NCBI GenBank assembly: GCA_951406725.2
Contig: OX597821.1
Coordinates: 43,834,001 to 43,898,000, forward strand
DNA length: 64,000 nt
Source: Octopus vulgaris
Lineage: Eukaryota
Reading direction: 5' to 3'
Shown here: piece after piece, positions 23,550 through 35,219 of the stretch
Layout: the number at the start of each line of letters is the position of its first letter
How positions within the stretch are numbered: position 1 is the stretch's first letter
The notes under the pieces: model-generated
Told to the model about the DNA's origin: nothing
Databases searched by the model: none
What the model saw: only the letters and a program-made list of their open reading frames with translations
Position numbers and translations under genes: made by a program

Positions 23550-23772
23550 CCTGTGCTGGTGTTATGTAAAAAGCACTTGTGCTGGTGTCATGTAAAAGTG
23601 CTCCTCGTGTGGTGTCACGTTAAAAGCACCCAACATGTACTGTAAAGTGATTGGTAAAGGGTATCCAGCTGTAAAAACCAAGCTAAATCAAACTGGTACC
23701 AGGTGCAGCTTTCCAGTTTGCCACCTCTGGTCAAACTGTCCAGCCCATGCCAGCATAGAATACAGACATGAA

Positions 23773-23805
<33 letters not shown>
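23550..23805 (+). mobile_element. RTE-type 3' tail with three short GGTGTCAyGTAAAA repeats and (GAT)n end
   Basis: Same tail motifs as 13230-13390. Confidence 0.8.
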
Positions 23806-24410
23806 ATATGCTGAGGATGAAGTAAGATGTAATTTCAGAGAGATTTGGCTGCTATTTCTAGTAGGCAAGTAGCCATGTAAAGGCTCCTTCATTGGTTTCG
23901 ATATGAAATGGGTGAATGTGTGGTAGAGATAATGTAAAATGGGACAGAATTAAAAGGGTGCAGAAAGGTATTTGTAACGGAAAAATATTGGAAGAAGTGT
24001 TCCTAGTTACTTACATTCTTAATGTTAATAACTAGATATCAGTGATATACTGGGGTTTCAGAAACATGATGAACAGTATAATAAAATAAGTTTCATGTTT
24101 TAAATGATGTTTGTTGTCTGTGAAGGTAATATTACTAGTAGTGGTCAACAGAGGTTACCAGTGGGTACCCAGTCACAAGTTGTATATTGTAATCTATGTG
24201 AATAGGTAATGTATCATACTATCATGCAGTTGAAACACGTTACTGCTGTAAGCTATATGACACCACTATATAATTAGCAAATGGCTCGTTAACTTGCTGT
24301 GCTGCTTATTAATTTGACTCCTCCTCTGAGGATGGTACTAGAGTGGAGCATAGGTTTGAGACAGTAATGGACTCTATCAAGCTGAATGTTCTTTCTATAC
24401 ACTACGCGAA

Positions 24411-24470
<60 letters not shown>

Positions 24471-25522
24471 GTAGTAGATAGCTTCTGTTACCTAGGTGAC
24501 CAAGTTGCTAGTGGAGGTGGATGCTCTGAGAGTGTAGCTGTGAGAATAAAATTAGGCTGGGCAAAGTTCAGAGAGCTCCTACCTTTGCTGCCAACAAAGG
24601 ACCTCTCTCTCAGAGTGAAAGGCAGATTGTATGATGCCTGTGTGTGAACAGCTATGCTATATAGCAATGAAACATTGGGCTTTTACAGCCAAGGATAGGT
24701 GTAGGCTTGAAAGAAATGAAGCCAGTATGCTTTGCTGGATGTGCAATGTCAGTGTGCACATTTGACAGAGTGTAAGCATCCTGAGAAAAAAGTTAGGCAT
24801 AAGAGGTATCAAATGTGGTGTGCAAGAGAGACGACTGTACTGGTATGCATATGGATGAGGACAGCTGTGTAATGAAGTGCCGCTGTCTAAATATGGAGGG
24901 AACCTGTGGTAGAGGTAGACCCAGGAAGACATAGGATGAGGTGGTGAAGCATGATCTTCGAACTTTGAGCCTCATGGAGGCAATGACCTTGGCTATATGC
25001 TGTGCCTGAGAGGACTCATCAAGCCAAGGGAAATCATAGTCATGGCTGATGTTGGTGACACATAAATGGCACGTAAAGAGCACCGTTTGAACATTGGGCT
25101 TCATGGAAGCAAAGTGGCTGAGATCCTTTCTAGCACTGGGCCTCATGGAGGTAAAGTGGCTGAATTCCTTTCAAGTGTTGGGCCTCATGGAGGAGAGGTG
25201 GCTGAGTTCCTTTTGATGCTAGCCCTCATGGAGGCAATAACAGAGACATTTGGCATTATGTCATGCTTGAGAAGACCCACCATTCTGAGTAAAATTGCAG
25301 TCAGTAGATACCGGTGTCACCCAAATGGCACCCATGCCAGTGGCATGTAAAAACATTCATTACTCTCTCGGAGTGGTTGGTGTTAGGAAAGGAATCTAGC
25401 CATAGCAAACCATGCCAAGTCAGACTGGAATCTGGTGCAGCCTTCCAGCTTACCAGCCCTGGTCAAACTGTCCAATCCATGCCAGCATCGACAACGGACG
25501 TTAAATGATAATGATGATGATG

Positions 25523-25523
<1 letters not shown>
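24471..25523 (+). mobile_element. RTE LINE, 5'-truncated
   Basis: VVDSFCYLGDQV...GRGRPRK; 3' UTR has ~41-bp GGCCTCATGGAGG repeats (25090-25240) and a (GAT)n tail. Confidence 0.93.
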
Positions 25524-25544
<21 letters not shown>

Positions 25545-25554
<10 letters not shown>

Positions 25555-25879
25555 ATTTCTGTCTGTCTGTTACCATCTTAGTACCTAAACCAGCAAACCA
25601 ATATTCATGAAACTTTGCATACATGTTACACTAATATCCAGTTCAATAATAGGTTAATTTGATCTCAATAAAAATCTATAACGTGTCCCTCAGGGGTGTT
25701 AGGAAAAATATATGATAAAATGAGGAGGTTGCAAAAATTAGTAGTCTGAGGGAAAGGATGACTTATAACAGTGAAGGTGAGAATAGCAGTGGCAATGAGA
25801 TGATAAAGTTAATACAGCTGTCATATACACACGATGAGGCATATATAGTTTCATAAATACATAAATACAACACACACGC

Positions 25880-25910
<31 letters not shown>

Positions 25911-26694
25911 GAGAAAGGCGGGGTGAGGAATATGTGGCTTTAAGGAGAGAGGGGTAGGTGGCTTTTCTGCTGTCCATTACAAAGAAACACTCACACACAC
26001 ACACACACATACACACACGCATGCAAACACACACACACACACATACATATATATATATACATATGTCTACTGTACACCATTTTAAACTTGTGATTACCTG
26101 TGTGTATGTTTGTAAATGTGTGCACATGTGTGTGTGTGACATCCTATAAGTGTCTGTCTCTCTACTTTTGTAGGGTCTTCTCTGTTGCTGTCACATATTG
26201 TGAGATTATAAAATTATGTCAAAATTTCAAAATTTGATATATTTAAGTAATTTTCCACTTAAATTCAATTTTGTTATTTATTTGTTCCAGAAAAGTTGCA
26301 GAAAATGTTACAGAAGTTTAAAGTTTAATCAGAAAACAGGATTTGGAAGCTGACATTTTCTGCATAATAGCTGTCTGTCATGAAATGAAAGCAAAATCAT
26401 TAGGAGAAGGAATTTTTATTAAACAAATGAAAGCAAAGCATTATGATGACCAAAGTTGTAAGAACTTCTGAAATTTTAATGAATAAAATCATATGAAATC
26501 GTTAAACAGACATGTAAATAATTTAAAAAGGAAAAAAATTCTCAACAAAGTTTTTTGGCGGAAAATTGCACAAGTCTGTTCTGATCAAGAGGCCTGTCTG
26601 TCAGGGCAAGCATGCTCTGACATGGAATAAATAACAATTTATATAAGGCATTCTATTGTAAAAATTGCCTGGCAATGACAGGCTATTGAGCTAG
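25545..26694 (+). mobile_element. Non-autonomous Helitron
   Basis: 3' hairpin GCCTG-GCAATGA-CAGGC (26667-26683) followed by CTAG (26691-26694); 5' (TA)n and CTGTCTGTCTGT tract; second copy at 6130-6760. Confidence 0.7.
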
Positions 26695-26695
26695 C

Positions 26696-26738
<43 letters not shown>

Positions 26739-26760
26739 CATACATACATACATACATACA

Positions 26761-26793
<33 letters not shown>

Positions 26794-27069
26794 GTGTGCA
26801 TGTGAATGTGTGTGTGTGCATGTGTGTGTGTATATACTTATATATATATATATATGTATATTACAGCTGTGGAATTTAAAGATTAATTAATCAATTAATT
26901 GTTGATTTATTTTAATGATTAAATTTTTGTTTTAACAATTAAATTTTTATTAATCAGTTTTAAATTTAATTTTCTACCCATCATTAATAAATGTGCTGGA
27001 AGCTGGGAAGCAATAGTAACAACAGTATATTGGCAGTGGAGAAGAATCAAGTTATGAAATATAACCCTA

Positions 27070-27430
27070 ATGGATGACGATGATGCTTAGATTGGAAATT
27101 GTAGCTGTGATACCTGTGCTTGTGGCATGTAAAAAGCACCATCCGAACGTGGCCGATGCCAGGGCCCCCTTGAGCGGCTTCCGTGCCGGTGGCACGTAAA
27201 AAGTACCAACCGATTGTGGCCGTTTGCCAGCCTCATCTGGCCCCTGTGCTGGTGGCACGTAAAAAGCACCCACTACACTCACGGAGTGGTTGGCGTTAGG
27301 AAGGGCATCCAGCAGTAGAAACACTGCCTGATCAGACTGGAGCCTGGTGCAGTCTCCTGGCTTCCCAGATCCTGGTCAAACCATCCAACGCATGCTAGCA
27401 TGGAAAACGGACGTTAAACGATGATGATGA
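27070..27430 (+). mobile_element. RTE 3' UTR/tail insertion
   Basis: GGTGGCACGTAAAAAGCACC repeats, GGAGTGGTTGGCGTTAGGAAGGGCATCC, GGACGTTAAACGATGATGATGA. Confidence 0.9.
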
Positions 27431-27493
27431 TATCAGGCCTATTACATGAACATTTTGGATTTAAATTTTTGGCTGACAGTAATATCAAAACTG

Positions 27494-27708
27494 CTCTTTA
27501 CACTTTACTCTTTTACTTGTTTCAGTCATTTGACTGCGGCCATGCTGGAGCACCACCTTTAATCAAGTAGCTCGACCCCGGGACTTATTCTTTTGTAAGC
27601 CCAGTACTTATTCTATCGGTCTCTTTTGCCGAACTGCTAAGTAACGGGGACATAAACACACCAGCATCGGTTGTCAAGCAATTCTAGGGGGACAAACACA
27701 CACACGCA

Positions 27709-27794
<86 letters not shown>

Positions 27795-27964
27795 TATACA
27801 TATATACGATGGGCTTCTTTCAGTTTCCATCAACCAAATCCACTCACAAGGCTTTGGTCGGCCCGAGGCTATAGTAGAAGACACTTGCCCAAGGTGCCAC
27901 ACAGTGAGACTGAACTCGGAACCATGTGGTTGGTAAACAAGCTACTTACCACACAGCCACTCCT
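27494..27964 (-). mobile_element. SINE family A with expanded internal (TA)n
   Basis: Near full-length match to 1947-2345. Confidence 0.93.
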
Positions 27965-28764
27965 ACTGATAACTTTTATTGCATTCATTGTGACAAATCA
28001 TTCACATACCATGGATCTAACACATCACTTACTTATCACCTTCAAAACAAACACATGCTACAGTATTCGAAACCTCAGCTTTCAAAATCAGCTTCATTTG
28101 GCCAGTCTACAGTGGTGGTGTCGTCTACTTCCAAGCAGGTTACTTTAGGTCAGTTTTATCGTCTGTCTGATCATTCGGTGAGTGCTACCATACAACGTGA
28201 CATTCAAATATGACTTGCCAACTGGATAGCTTATAGTGGTAGACCAATATCGATAGTAGAAGATGATGGTCTTCAGCAAGTATTGCGTACAGCGCTTCAA
28301 AATACCGAATATAAACTACCTTGCCAGCGCACTATTGATAAAATATTGGCTGATATTTATAAAAGCAAAAGAGAAAGTGTTAGAGAAGCAGAAAATTCAA
28401 AGGCGATTGCACTAAAATCTGATTTTTGGACATCCCTAGGTAATGAAAGTTATTGTGGAATCACTGGCCATTGGATTGTTGATGACTGGAATTTAATAAG
28501 CACTATTCTTGAATGTGTGCATGTTGTTGAATGTGACTATTCTAACAATGATGTTGAGTTATATAAACAATTTGTAAAGACTGGAATATAACCAAGAAAA
28601 TTGAAGTTCTAGTAACAGACAATGCACGAAATTTGGTTTCAGTTATTAATCAAACTGGTTTTACTCATATTCTGCTTTTGGTTCATAGCCTGCAGCTAAG
28701 AATATTGCATAGATTTAAAGCTGTAAATACAGAAACATTGTTTGTTAAATGTTGAAAAATCATA

Positions 28765-29175
28765 GGCGCAGGAGTGGCTGTGTGGTAAGTAGCTTGCTAA
28801 CCAACCACATGGTTCCGGGTTCAGTCTCACTGCGTGGCACCTTGGGCAAGTGTCTTCTACTATAGCCTCGGGCTGACCAAAGCCTTGTGAGTGGATTTGG
28901 TAGACGGAAACTGAAAGAAGCCCGTCGTATATATGTATATACATATGTGTGCGTGTATGTTTGTGTCTGTGTTTGTCCCCCTAGCATTACTTGACAACCG
29001 ATGCTGGTGTGTTTATGTCCCCGTAACTTAGCGGTTCGGCAAAAGAGACCGATAGAATAAGTACTGGGCATACAAAGAATAAGTCCTGGGGTCGAGTTGT
29101 TTGACTAAAGGCAGTGCTCCAGCATGGCCGCAGTCAACTGACTGAAACAAGTAAAAGAGTAAAAGAGTAAAAGAG
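28765..29175 (+). mobile_element. SINE family A, full length, interrupting the hAT transposase
   Basis: GGCGCAGGAGTGGCTGTGTGG ... (AAAAGAGT)n. Confidence 0.95.
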
Positions 29176-30369
29176 GACATCTTAAACATATCCCTACCAA
29201 CACAAGTGAATTGCAGAATTGTAGTGATTCACCATTGTGTAAGCTACAGCAAGATGGAACAGTACTTTTATAATGTTGCAGAGTCTGCTGCAGGCCAGAG
29301 AAGCAACAACCATCTACATGTCAGATGAAGGAAAGCAAGCTCCAAAACTGTTCGATTCTGATTGGGGCAAGATTTCAAAATACATCAACGTTTTAGACTT
29401 ATTCTGTCAGGCTACAATCCTGCTTGGTGGTGAAAAATATGTGTGTAGCCATATATTGCCACTGTCATTGTCTTTGACAAAGCACATGACTGTAAATGAT
29501 GATGATCCAGGTTATATAGCCAGATTTAGCAAATGTGTAGCTGACATGAAAAGTATTGAAATATTATAGATTGCAACAGCACTTGATCCGCGATATAAAA
29601 ACTTCAAGTATTTATCAGACGATTGAAAAGAACAAACTTGGTAATTTATTGGACAACAAATAGCAGTTGATGTTAATGATGATCGGTTGAAGACTAATGC
29701 ACAAGATGATAGTGATAGTGTCAAAAAAACTATTTGTGAACCTAATGAAAAACGTATTAAGCTGATGGAGAAGAGGGTATCAAAAACGCTTCTGATGATG
29801 TACAGCAATATAAAATGGAAAAAAAAAGTTGCTGAATCAGTTGATCCACTACAATGGTGGAAACTTAATGAACAACAATATCCAAAATTGGCATTTTTTG
29901 CCAAGACTGTTCTGTGCATACCAGCTACTTCGGTTCCCTGTGAATGATTATTTAGCTCTGCTGGTTACATTGTTTACAAGACACACTCATCACTTGAACC
30001 AAATACTGTTAACATGCTTGTGTGTTTGTGTAACTGGTTATCCAACAACATTTGAGTAAGAAAACGATTATGCTATTTCCTGTTTTTAACTGAATTTTAA
30101 TTGAAGTATCATAAACTTGTCAATAAATGCAACTGCAGACATCTTTGTGTTTTAATTGAAATTAACTATTAATTAATTGTTAATTTCTCAAAAGTCAATT
30201 ATTAAACTTAAATTAACCATTACCAGCCCTAATATATATGTATGTATAGCTCAGTTACAATGAATATGGACATTGGTACATTTGCATATTTATTATAATT
30301 GTCTTGGATTTACACTCCCCAAAATATTCATAATCTAGGAAAGCAAACATCAAGATTTAATATGCAAGT

Positions 30370-30612
30370 AGCAGGGCACTCTGCAGACACATGTACCCTT
30401 GTTGCAATTCTCTGGGAAATTCTGCATGATACACAATGTGATGAGCTGGCCCTTTAAACTATAGTTATAACTCATTTTTGCCAGTTAAGTGAACTGGAGT
30501 GATGTGAAATAAAATGTCCTGCTCAAGGAGGACAAAACATGCTGCCAGGAATTGAACTTACAACTTTTTGATCATGAGCTAAATATACCTAACCACTAAG
30601 CTAAGTGCCTTC
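30370..30612 (-). mobile_element. Old tRNA/CORE-like SINE (family C)
   Basis: Minus strand: TAGCTTAGTGGTTAG A-box, AGTTCAATTCC B-box, CCTTGAGCAGGACA; relatives at ~8060-8210 and ~53030-53225. Confidence 0.7.
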
Positions 30613-30717
30613 TCAAAAGAATACACACGCACACTTACACATGCACATGCACACACACACACACACACAGATATACATACAGACATATGTAAGAGAGAGA
30701 ACAAGATGGGCAAAGAG

Positions 30718-30798
30718 AAAAGAAGAAGGAAGAGGAGGAGGAGGAGAAGAAGAAGAAGAAGAAGAAGAAGAAGAAGAAGAAGAAGAAGAAGAAGATGA
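30718..30798. repeat. (GGA)/(GAA)n microsatellite
   Basis: Directly visible. Confidence 0.97.
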
Positions 30799-31184
30799 GG
30801 GCATAACAATAGAAAGTGGATAGGAATTAGGTTGTGATAAATGCTCAACAAGGTTAAGTGCTAATTCTTCTCCAAACAAGGAAGTGGGGCGTAAAAGGTT
30901 AGTGTTTAACAGGGCTGAAAGTTAACTGCATTTTATGATACTCATATAGTTGTATACACATGCACATAAATGTATACATTTGTATATTACCAAAGAATGC
31001 ATGCATATAGACTTGTTTGCACACCTGTGTGTGTTTGTGTGTGTGCCTCTATATGTGTGTGTGTGTGTGTGTGTGCATATATATAAAAAGATTTTGCAAA
31101 AAGTTCTTGATACAATAATTAAAGAAAAAATTTTCTTAAAATGATTTTTAAAAATCTTTCTCTGTTTTTCATTATTCTACTGAA

Positions 31185-31785
31185 GATGGATGGATGGATG
31201 ATGCTGTACCGATGGATGAATGTATAGAAGGATGCATGGATGGATATTTAGATGGATAGAAAGATGTATAGATAGATTGATGGAGGAATGGATGAATGTA
31301 TGAATGGATGGATGAATAGAAGAAAAGCTGGATGGATGGATAGATGGATGGAAAGATAGAAAGAAAGATGGAGAGATAGATGAGTGGAGTGAATGACTGG
31401 CTGGTGAGATGGTCTATCATATGCATAAATGAAGATTATAAATCTAAACAATTCTAAACTTCCTTTTAGATACAGATCTGGAATTCTGCTTACCAAAACA
31501 CATACTCTCACTCACACATGTATACATGTATGTATGTATGTATGTATGTATGTATGTATGTATGTATGTATGTATGTATGTATGTATGTATGTATGTATG
31601 TATGTATGTATGTATGTATGTGTGTGTGTATGTATGTATGTGTGTGTGTGTATGTATGTATGTATGTATGTATGTGTGTGTGTTTGTATGTATGTATGTA
31701 TGCATGTATATTTATGTATGTACACACACACATATATATATGTATGTATGTGAATATATATATATACAGGTAGATAGATAGATAA

Positions 31786-31829
<44 letters not shown>

Positions 31830-31831
31830 TA

Positions 31832-31870
<39 letters not shown>
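31185..31870. repeat. Compound (ATGG)n, (TATG)n, (GATA)n, (TA)n arrays
   Basis: Directly visible. Confidence 0.95.
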
Positions 31871-31875
31871 TTATA

Positions 31876-32098
31876 TATAGCCAAACAGGAAATTGGAAAT
31901 TTATTGGTATTATTTATTCACCATTACACATGTTTCATTTGCTAATAGGAATTGCAAAGTTTTACATGTAAGGAATTTTTAATAGAAAATTCCTTACATG
32001 TAAAACAAGTAAAACTTTGTAATTCCTATTAGCATATGAAACATGTGTAATGGTGAATAAATAATACCAATAAATTTCCAATTTCCTGTTTGGTTATA
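31876..32098. repeat. ~220-bp near-perfect palindrome
   Basis: Arms of ~105 bp, loop at ~31980-31985, 9-bp duplication in the right arm. Confidence 0.95.
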
Positions 32099-32422
32099 CA
32101 ATAATTCTGCAATTAATATTTCCATAGTCCTCAGTTTTAATATGTACTTTGTGACTAACATACAGCAGTTACTGAGACTTCATACTGGGTTATAATAATG
32201 GAATAAGCATGTGTGTTTCAAGGCGAAACAGCTGTGATTTACCCTAACTACCTACACAATATGTGTGTGTGTGTGTACATATATATATATATTTATATTT
32301 CGCTCTCGCGTCTCATGTTTGATCTTTGACCTCTGGCCGAAATCAGATCGCCATGTTGATTCGTTAGCTACTGCACGCATTTTTTTTCTCTCCTTCTTTC
32401 TGTGTTTTTCTCTCTCTGTGTA

Positions 32423-32460
32423 TCTTTCTGTTGAAGAGCGTAGGCTCGAAACGTTAAAGA
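32423..32460 (+). ncRNA. Minimal type I hammerhead-ribozyme-like motif (A6U core variant) in a (TA)n-flanked cassette at ~32300-32560
   Basis: TCTTT-CTGTTGA-A-GAGC(GTAG)GCTC-GAAA-CGT-T-AAAGA: 5-bp stem I, 4-bp stem II, palindromic ACGT stem III. Confidence 0.7.
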
Positions 32461-32557
32461 CTTGTTTTATTTATATTTCCTGAGCGCCATACTAATACAA
32501 TTGTTCGTTTGTTTTCCACCTGCCTTCGTCTTTTGTTTATTTTCATAAAGCTTCCCG

Positions 32558-32608
<51 letters not shown>

Positions 32609-32679
32609 CATACATATGCATATGTATGTATGTATGAAATAAAAACAGCTCTAGCATAATAAATATTATTAACTACATA

Positions 32680-32847
32680 TACTTAATATATATGGTTTGT
32701 GCATTTTCTGGCGGTTGCAATAGCATGAAAGAGTATATACTCTCTGGGTGACACTGAGGTGTCATAACACCCAGCGCTTTGAGAGTGTATATACTCCAGC
32801 ATGCCATTGCAGCCACTGAAAAATATACAAAGCATGTACATTAAGTA
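32680..32847. repeat. Imperfect ~170-bp hairpin (MITE-like)
   Basis: TACTTAA..TTGCAATAGCATG..GAGTATATACTCTC-TGGGTG / CACCCA..GAGAGTGTATATACTC..CATGCCATTGCA..TTAAGTA. Confidence 0.8.
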
Positions 32848-32924
32848 CATGCTTCCTCTTCGTCCCCTCTCTCTACCCCCTCCTCTTCCAATAGGTTCTC
32901 AGTGCTGCCGTAGACAGTCACTTA

Positions 32925-34288
32925 GTAGGATGGTGAAATGATAAAGGCAATTCAACTTCAATCCAGCTATAAAATACATGGGAATACTTGAGGCAGATGG
33001 AATCAAACATCATGACATGAAGAAAAAGTCAAAAAAGAGAGTACCTGTGGCAGTGAGAAAAATATTGGCTTCAAAGTTGAATGCCAGAAATATAATTTAA
33101 GCAACAAACTTACATGCAGTCGCAGTAGTTTGGTATGATGGTGTTGGAATCCTGAAGTGGACAGAGGAGGAGCTGAAAGAGATGGACAGGAAGATAAGAA
33201 AGCTCCTAACGAAGCATGGAGCCCATCATCCATGTGCTGACACTGATCGCCTATACATGAAGAAAGCAAAGAGAGGAAGGGGACTGATAAGTGTGGAAGA
33301 CTGTGTGCATATAAAACTTGAGAGCTTAATGAGATACCTAGCCCAAAGTAAGGAAGCTTTGCTAGTGACAGTTATGAACAAGGGAGTATTGAGAGGATAG
33401 AAAAAAGAAAAGCAAAGGAAGGAGTACAAAAAGGACATGAAGAAGAATTACGCAACAAGGGACTCCACAACCAATTCCATGTAACCACAACAGAAGTTGC
33501 TGGAAAAAATAGTTGGGATTGGCTGATGAAAGGAACCTTAAAAAAAGAGACCGAGAGCACTATACTGGCAACACAAGACCAAGCTTTGGCCACGAACTGG
33601 AAGGTCAACCTTAGGTATGAGCAAGTGTCTCTGCTGTGCTGCATCTGCAATAGAGTGGATGAAACCATTGCCCATATCATGAACGAATGCCCTAGGTGTG
33701 CCCTAAGCCACTACAAGTTGCAGCAACATGACTAAATATCGAAAGTGCTACACTGGAAACTGTGGGGGCTAGAGAGAGGCAAGATGTGGTATGAGCACAA
33801 GCCACAGAGAGTGGTAGAGTTGGAGACTAGCAAAATCTTCTGGGATTTCCCAATACCAAACAGATCAGGTGCTAGAGCATAACAGACTGAACCTAGTGGT
33901 GGTGGACAAGGTGCACCATATATGCTATATAGTTGGTGTTGCATGCCCCTTTGACTCATGAATAGTCAAGAAGGAAGGCGAAAAGATAGATAGATACAAC
34001 CTTCTTAAGTATGAAAAGCCCAGCAATGGAAAATGAAGAATGTGAAGATTGTGCCAATTATTGTTAGGTCCTTGGGAACAGTATCAGAAGGTATAAAGAG
34101 GAATATAAAGGAAATTGGAATAGAGTGCCCAGTAGAACTGTTACAAAAGGTTTGCCTCTTTGGTACGGCCAAAATAATCAGGAAAATATTAGGTAGCTGA
34201 AAAGAATGAATAGCATGGTACTGCAGGCAGTAAGCCCACTATGCATGCAAGACTCCAAGAGCTCCAACAAAACCTGTGATAAAGAGAA

Positions 34289-34290
<2 letters not shown>
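32925..34290 (+). mobile_element. R4/Dong-like non-LTR retrotransposon with restriction-like endonuclease, 5'-truncated
   Basis: KYMGILE; MDRKIRKLLTKHGAHHPCADTDRLY..GRGL; TESTILATQDQAL; CCHC knuckle CCIC..ETIAHIMNEC; WYEHKP..IFWDF; EKIDRY; LLQKVCLFGTAKIIRKIL*; ends in (TAA)n. Confidence 0.92.
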
Positions 34291-34350
<60 letters not shown>

Positions 34351-34353
<3 letters not shown>

Positions 34354-34868
34354 TAAATGCCCTGATTGGAAGTGTTATCATGTACATTGTTTTGTCTTGG
34401 TATAAAAGATGGGCTACAGCAAATATTCTGCTCAGTACCACAGATTTGCTTGTCAGTTGTTTGACCTTAACCAGTTGAGCATGTCTCTTAGTGGCTGACG
34501 ATATGTGCATCTCTGATCATGAGCAGAAGTAGTGGGGGAGCATCATAGCCATGTGTTGAGAGGGATTCTTTGTGGTTTGAATAATTCACCTCTGGAAACA
34601 TGGGTGTTTCGTTCACCATCCTTAAACAACCTTTATTCAGGGACCTTTTGAGTGGGATGGGCTACTCGACCAGAAGAAAATTCTAACTGGGCCCCACCTG
34701 CAAGGTCATGTGCTGGTTATCTTGATATGAGATCACCATGTCGCGCACATATGGCTGTGATGCATGTGCCTGGTGTACCCTTATCAGACGGGTAGTCATG
34801 ATGGGTATACTGGGCTTCGTATATTTTACCCCAGTGTCACTTTGATGGCATGCACTGCTCTCTCACTC
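34351..34868 (+). mobile_element. (AAT)n-embedded non-coding retroposon, copy 2
   Basis: Matches 8433-8921 with ~30 extra 5' bases. Confidence 0.85.
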
Positions 34869-34890
34869 AATAATAATAATAATAATAATA

Positions 34891-35116
34891 TAGGCATGAT
34901 AAAAAAATATTCAGACAAATACATAACAAAAAACACCAGGACTTACAAACACATATAACATACAGAAAATTGCACTACTAGGCACTGCACACATCCTACG
35001 CAGAACACTTTCCATACAATAACCATCAGAGCATCACAACAAATCACAGCACATACCCAAGGCACACAGAGCTGCGCTCGGTAGTGAAGTGAAAGAATGC
35101 TATAAAAATAAAACTA

Positions 35117-35119
<3 letters not shown>
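34891..35119 (+). mobile_element. 3' end of a second R4/Dong-like family
   Basis: GMIKK..NIQKIALLGTAHILRRTLSIQ* (stop ~35022), ~100-bp 3' UTR, AAT repeats on both sides. Confidence 0.85.
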
Positions 35120-35174
<55 letters not shown>

Positions 35175-35176
35175 TA

Positions 35177-35214
<38 letters not shown>

Positions 35215-35219
35215 TTAAT

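Larger units (their letters stand above)
26862..30231 (+). mobile_element. hAT (Ac/ZBED1-like) DNA transposon, decayed, with three nested retroposons
   Basis: BED finger CIHCDKSF..SLTYHLQNKH; RPISIVEDDG; SDFWTS..YCGITGHWI; VTDNARN; RWNSTF; ATALDPRYK; dimerisation domain [26 protein letters not shown]. Ends TACAGCTG / CAGCCCTA with AT-rich subtermini. Confidence 0.92.

Noticed and set aside
28765-28840. tRNA gene
   Set aside because: The A/B boxes continue into a SINE body and tail repeated more than 10 times; this is a SINE head.
27926-30059. Host ZBED-like, GTF2IRD2-like (44548-45943) or SETMAR-like (51600-52631) genes
   Set aside because: Stops, frameshifts, nested insertions and transposon termini show decayed transposons, not domesticated genes.
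31876-32098. Palindromes as microRNA precursors
   Set aside because: Too long and too perfect, and bounded by microsatellites like mobile cassettes; small-RNA data would be needed.
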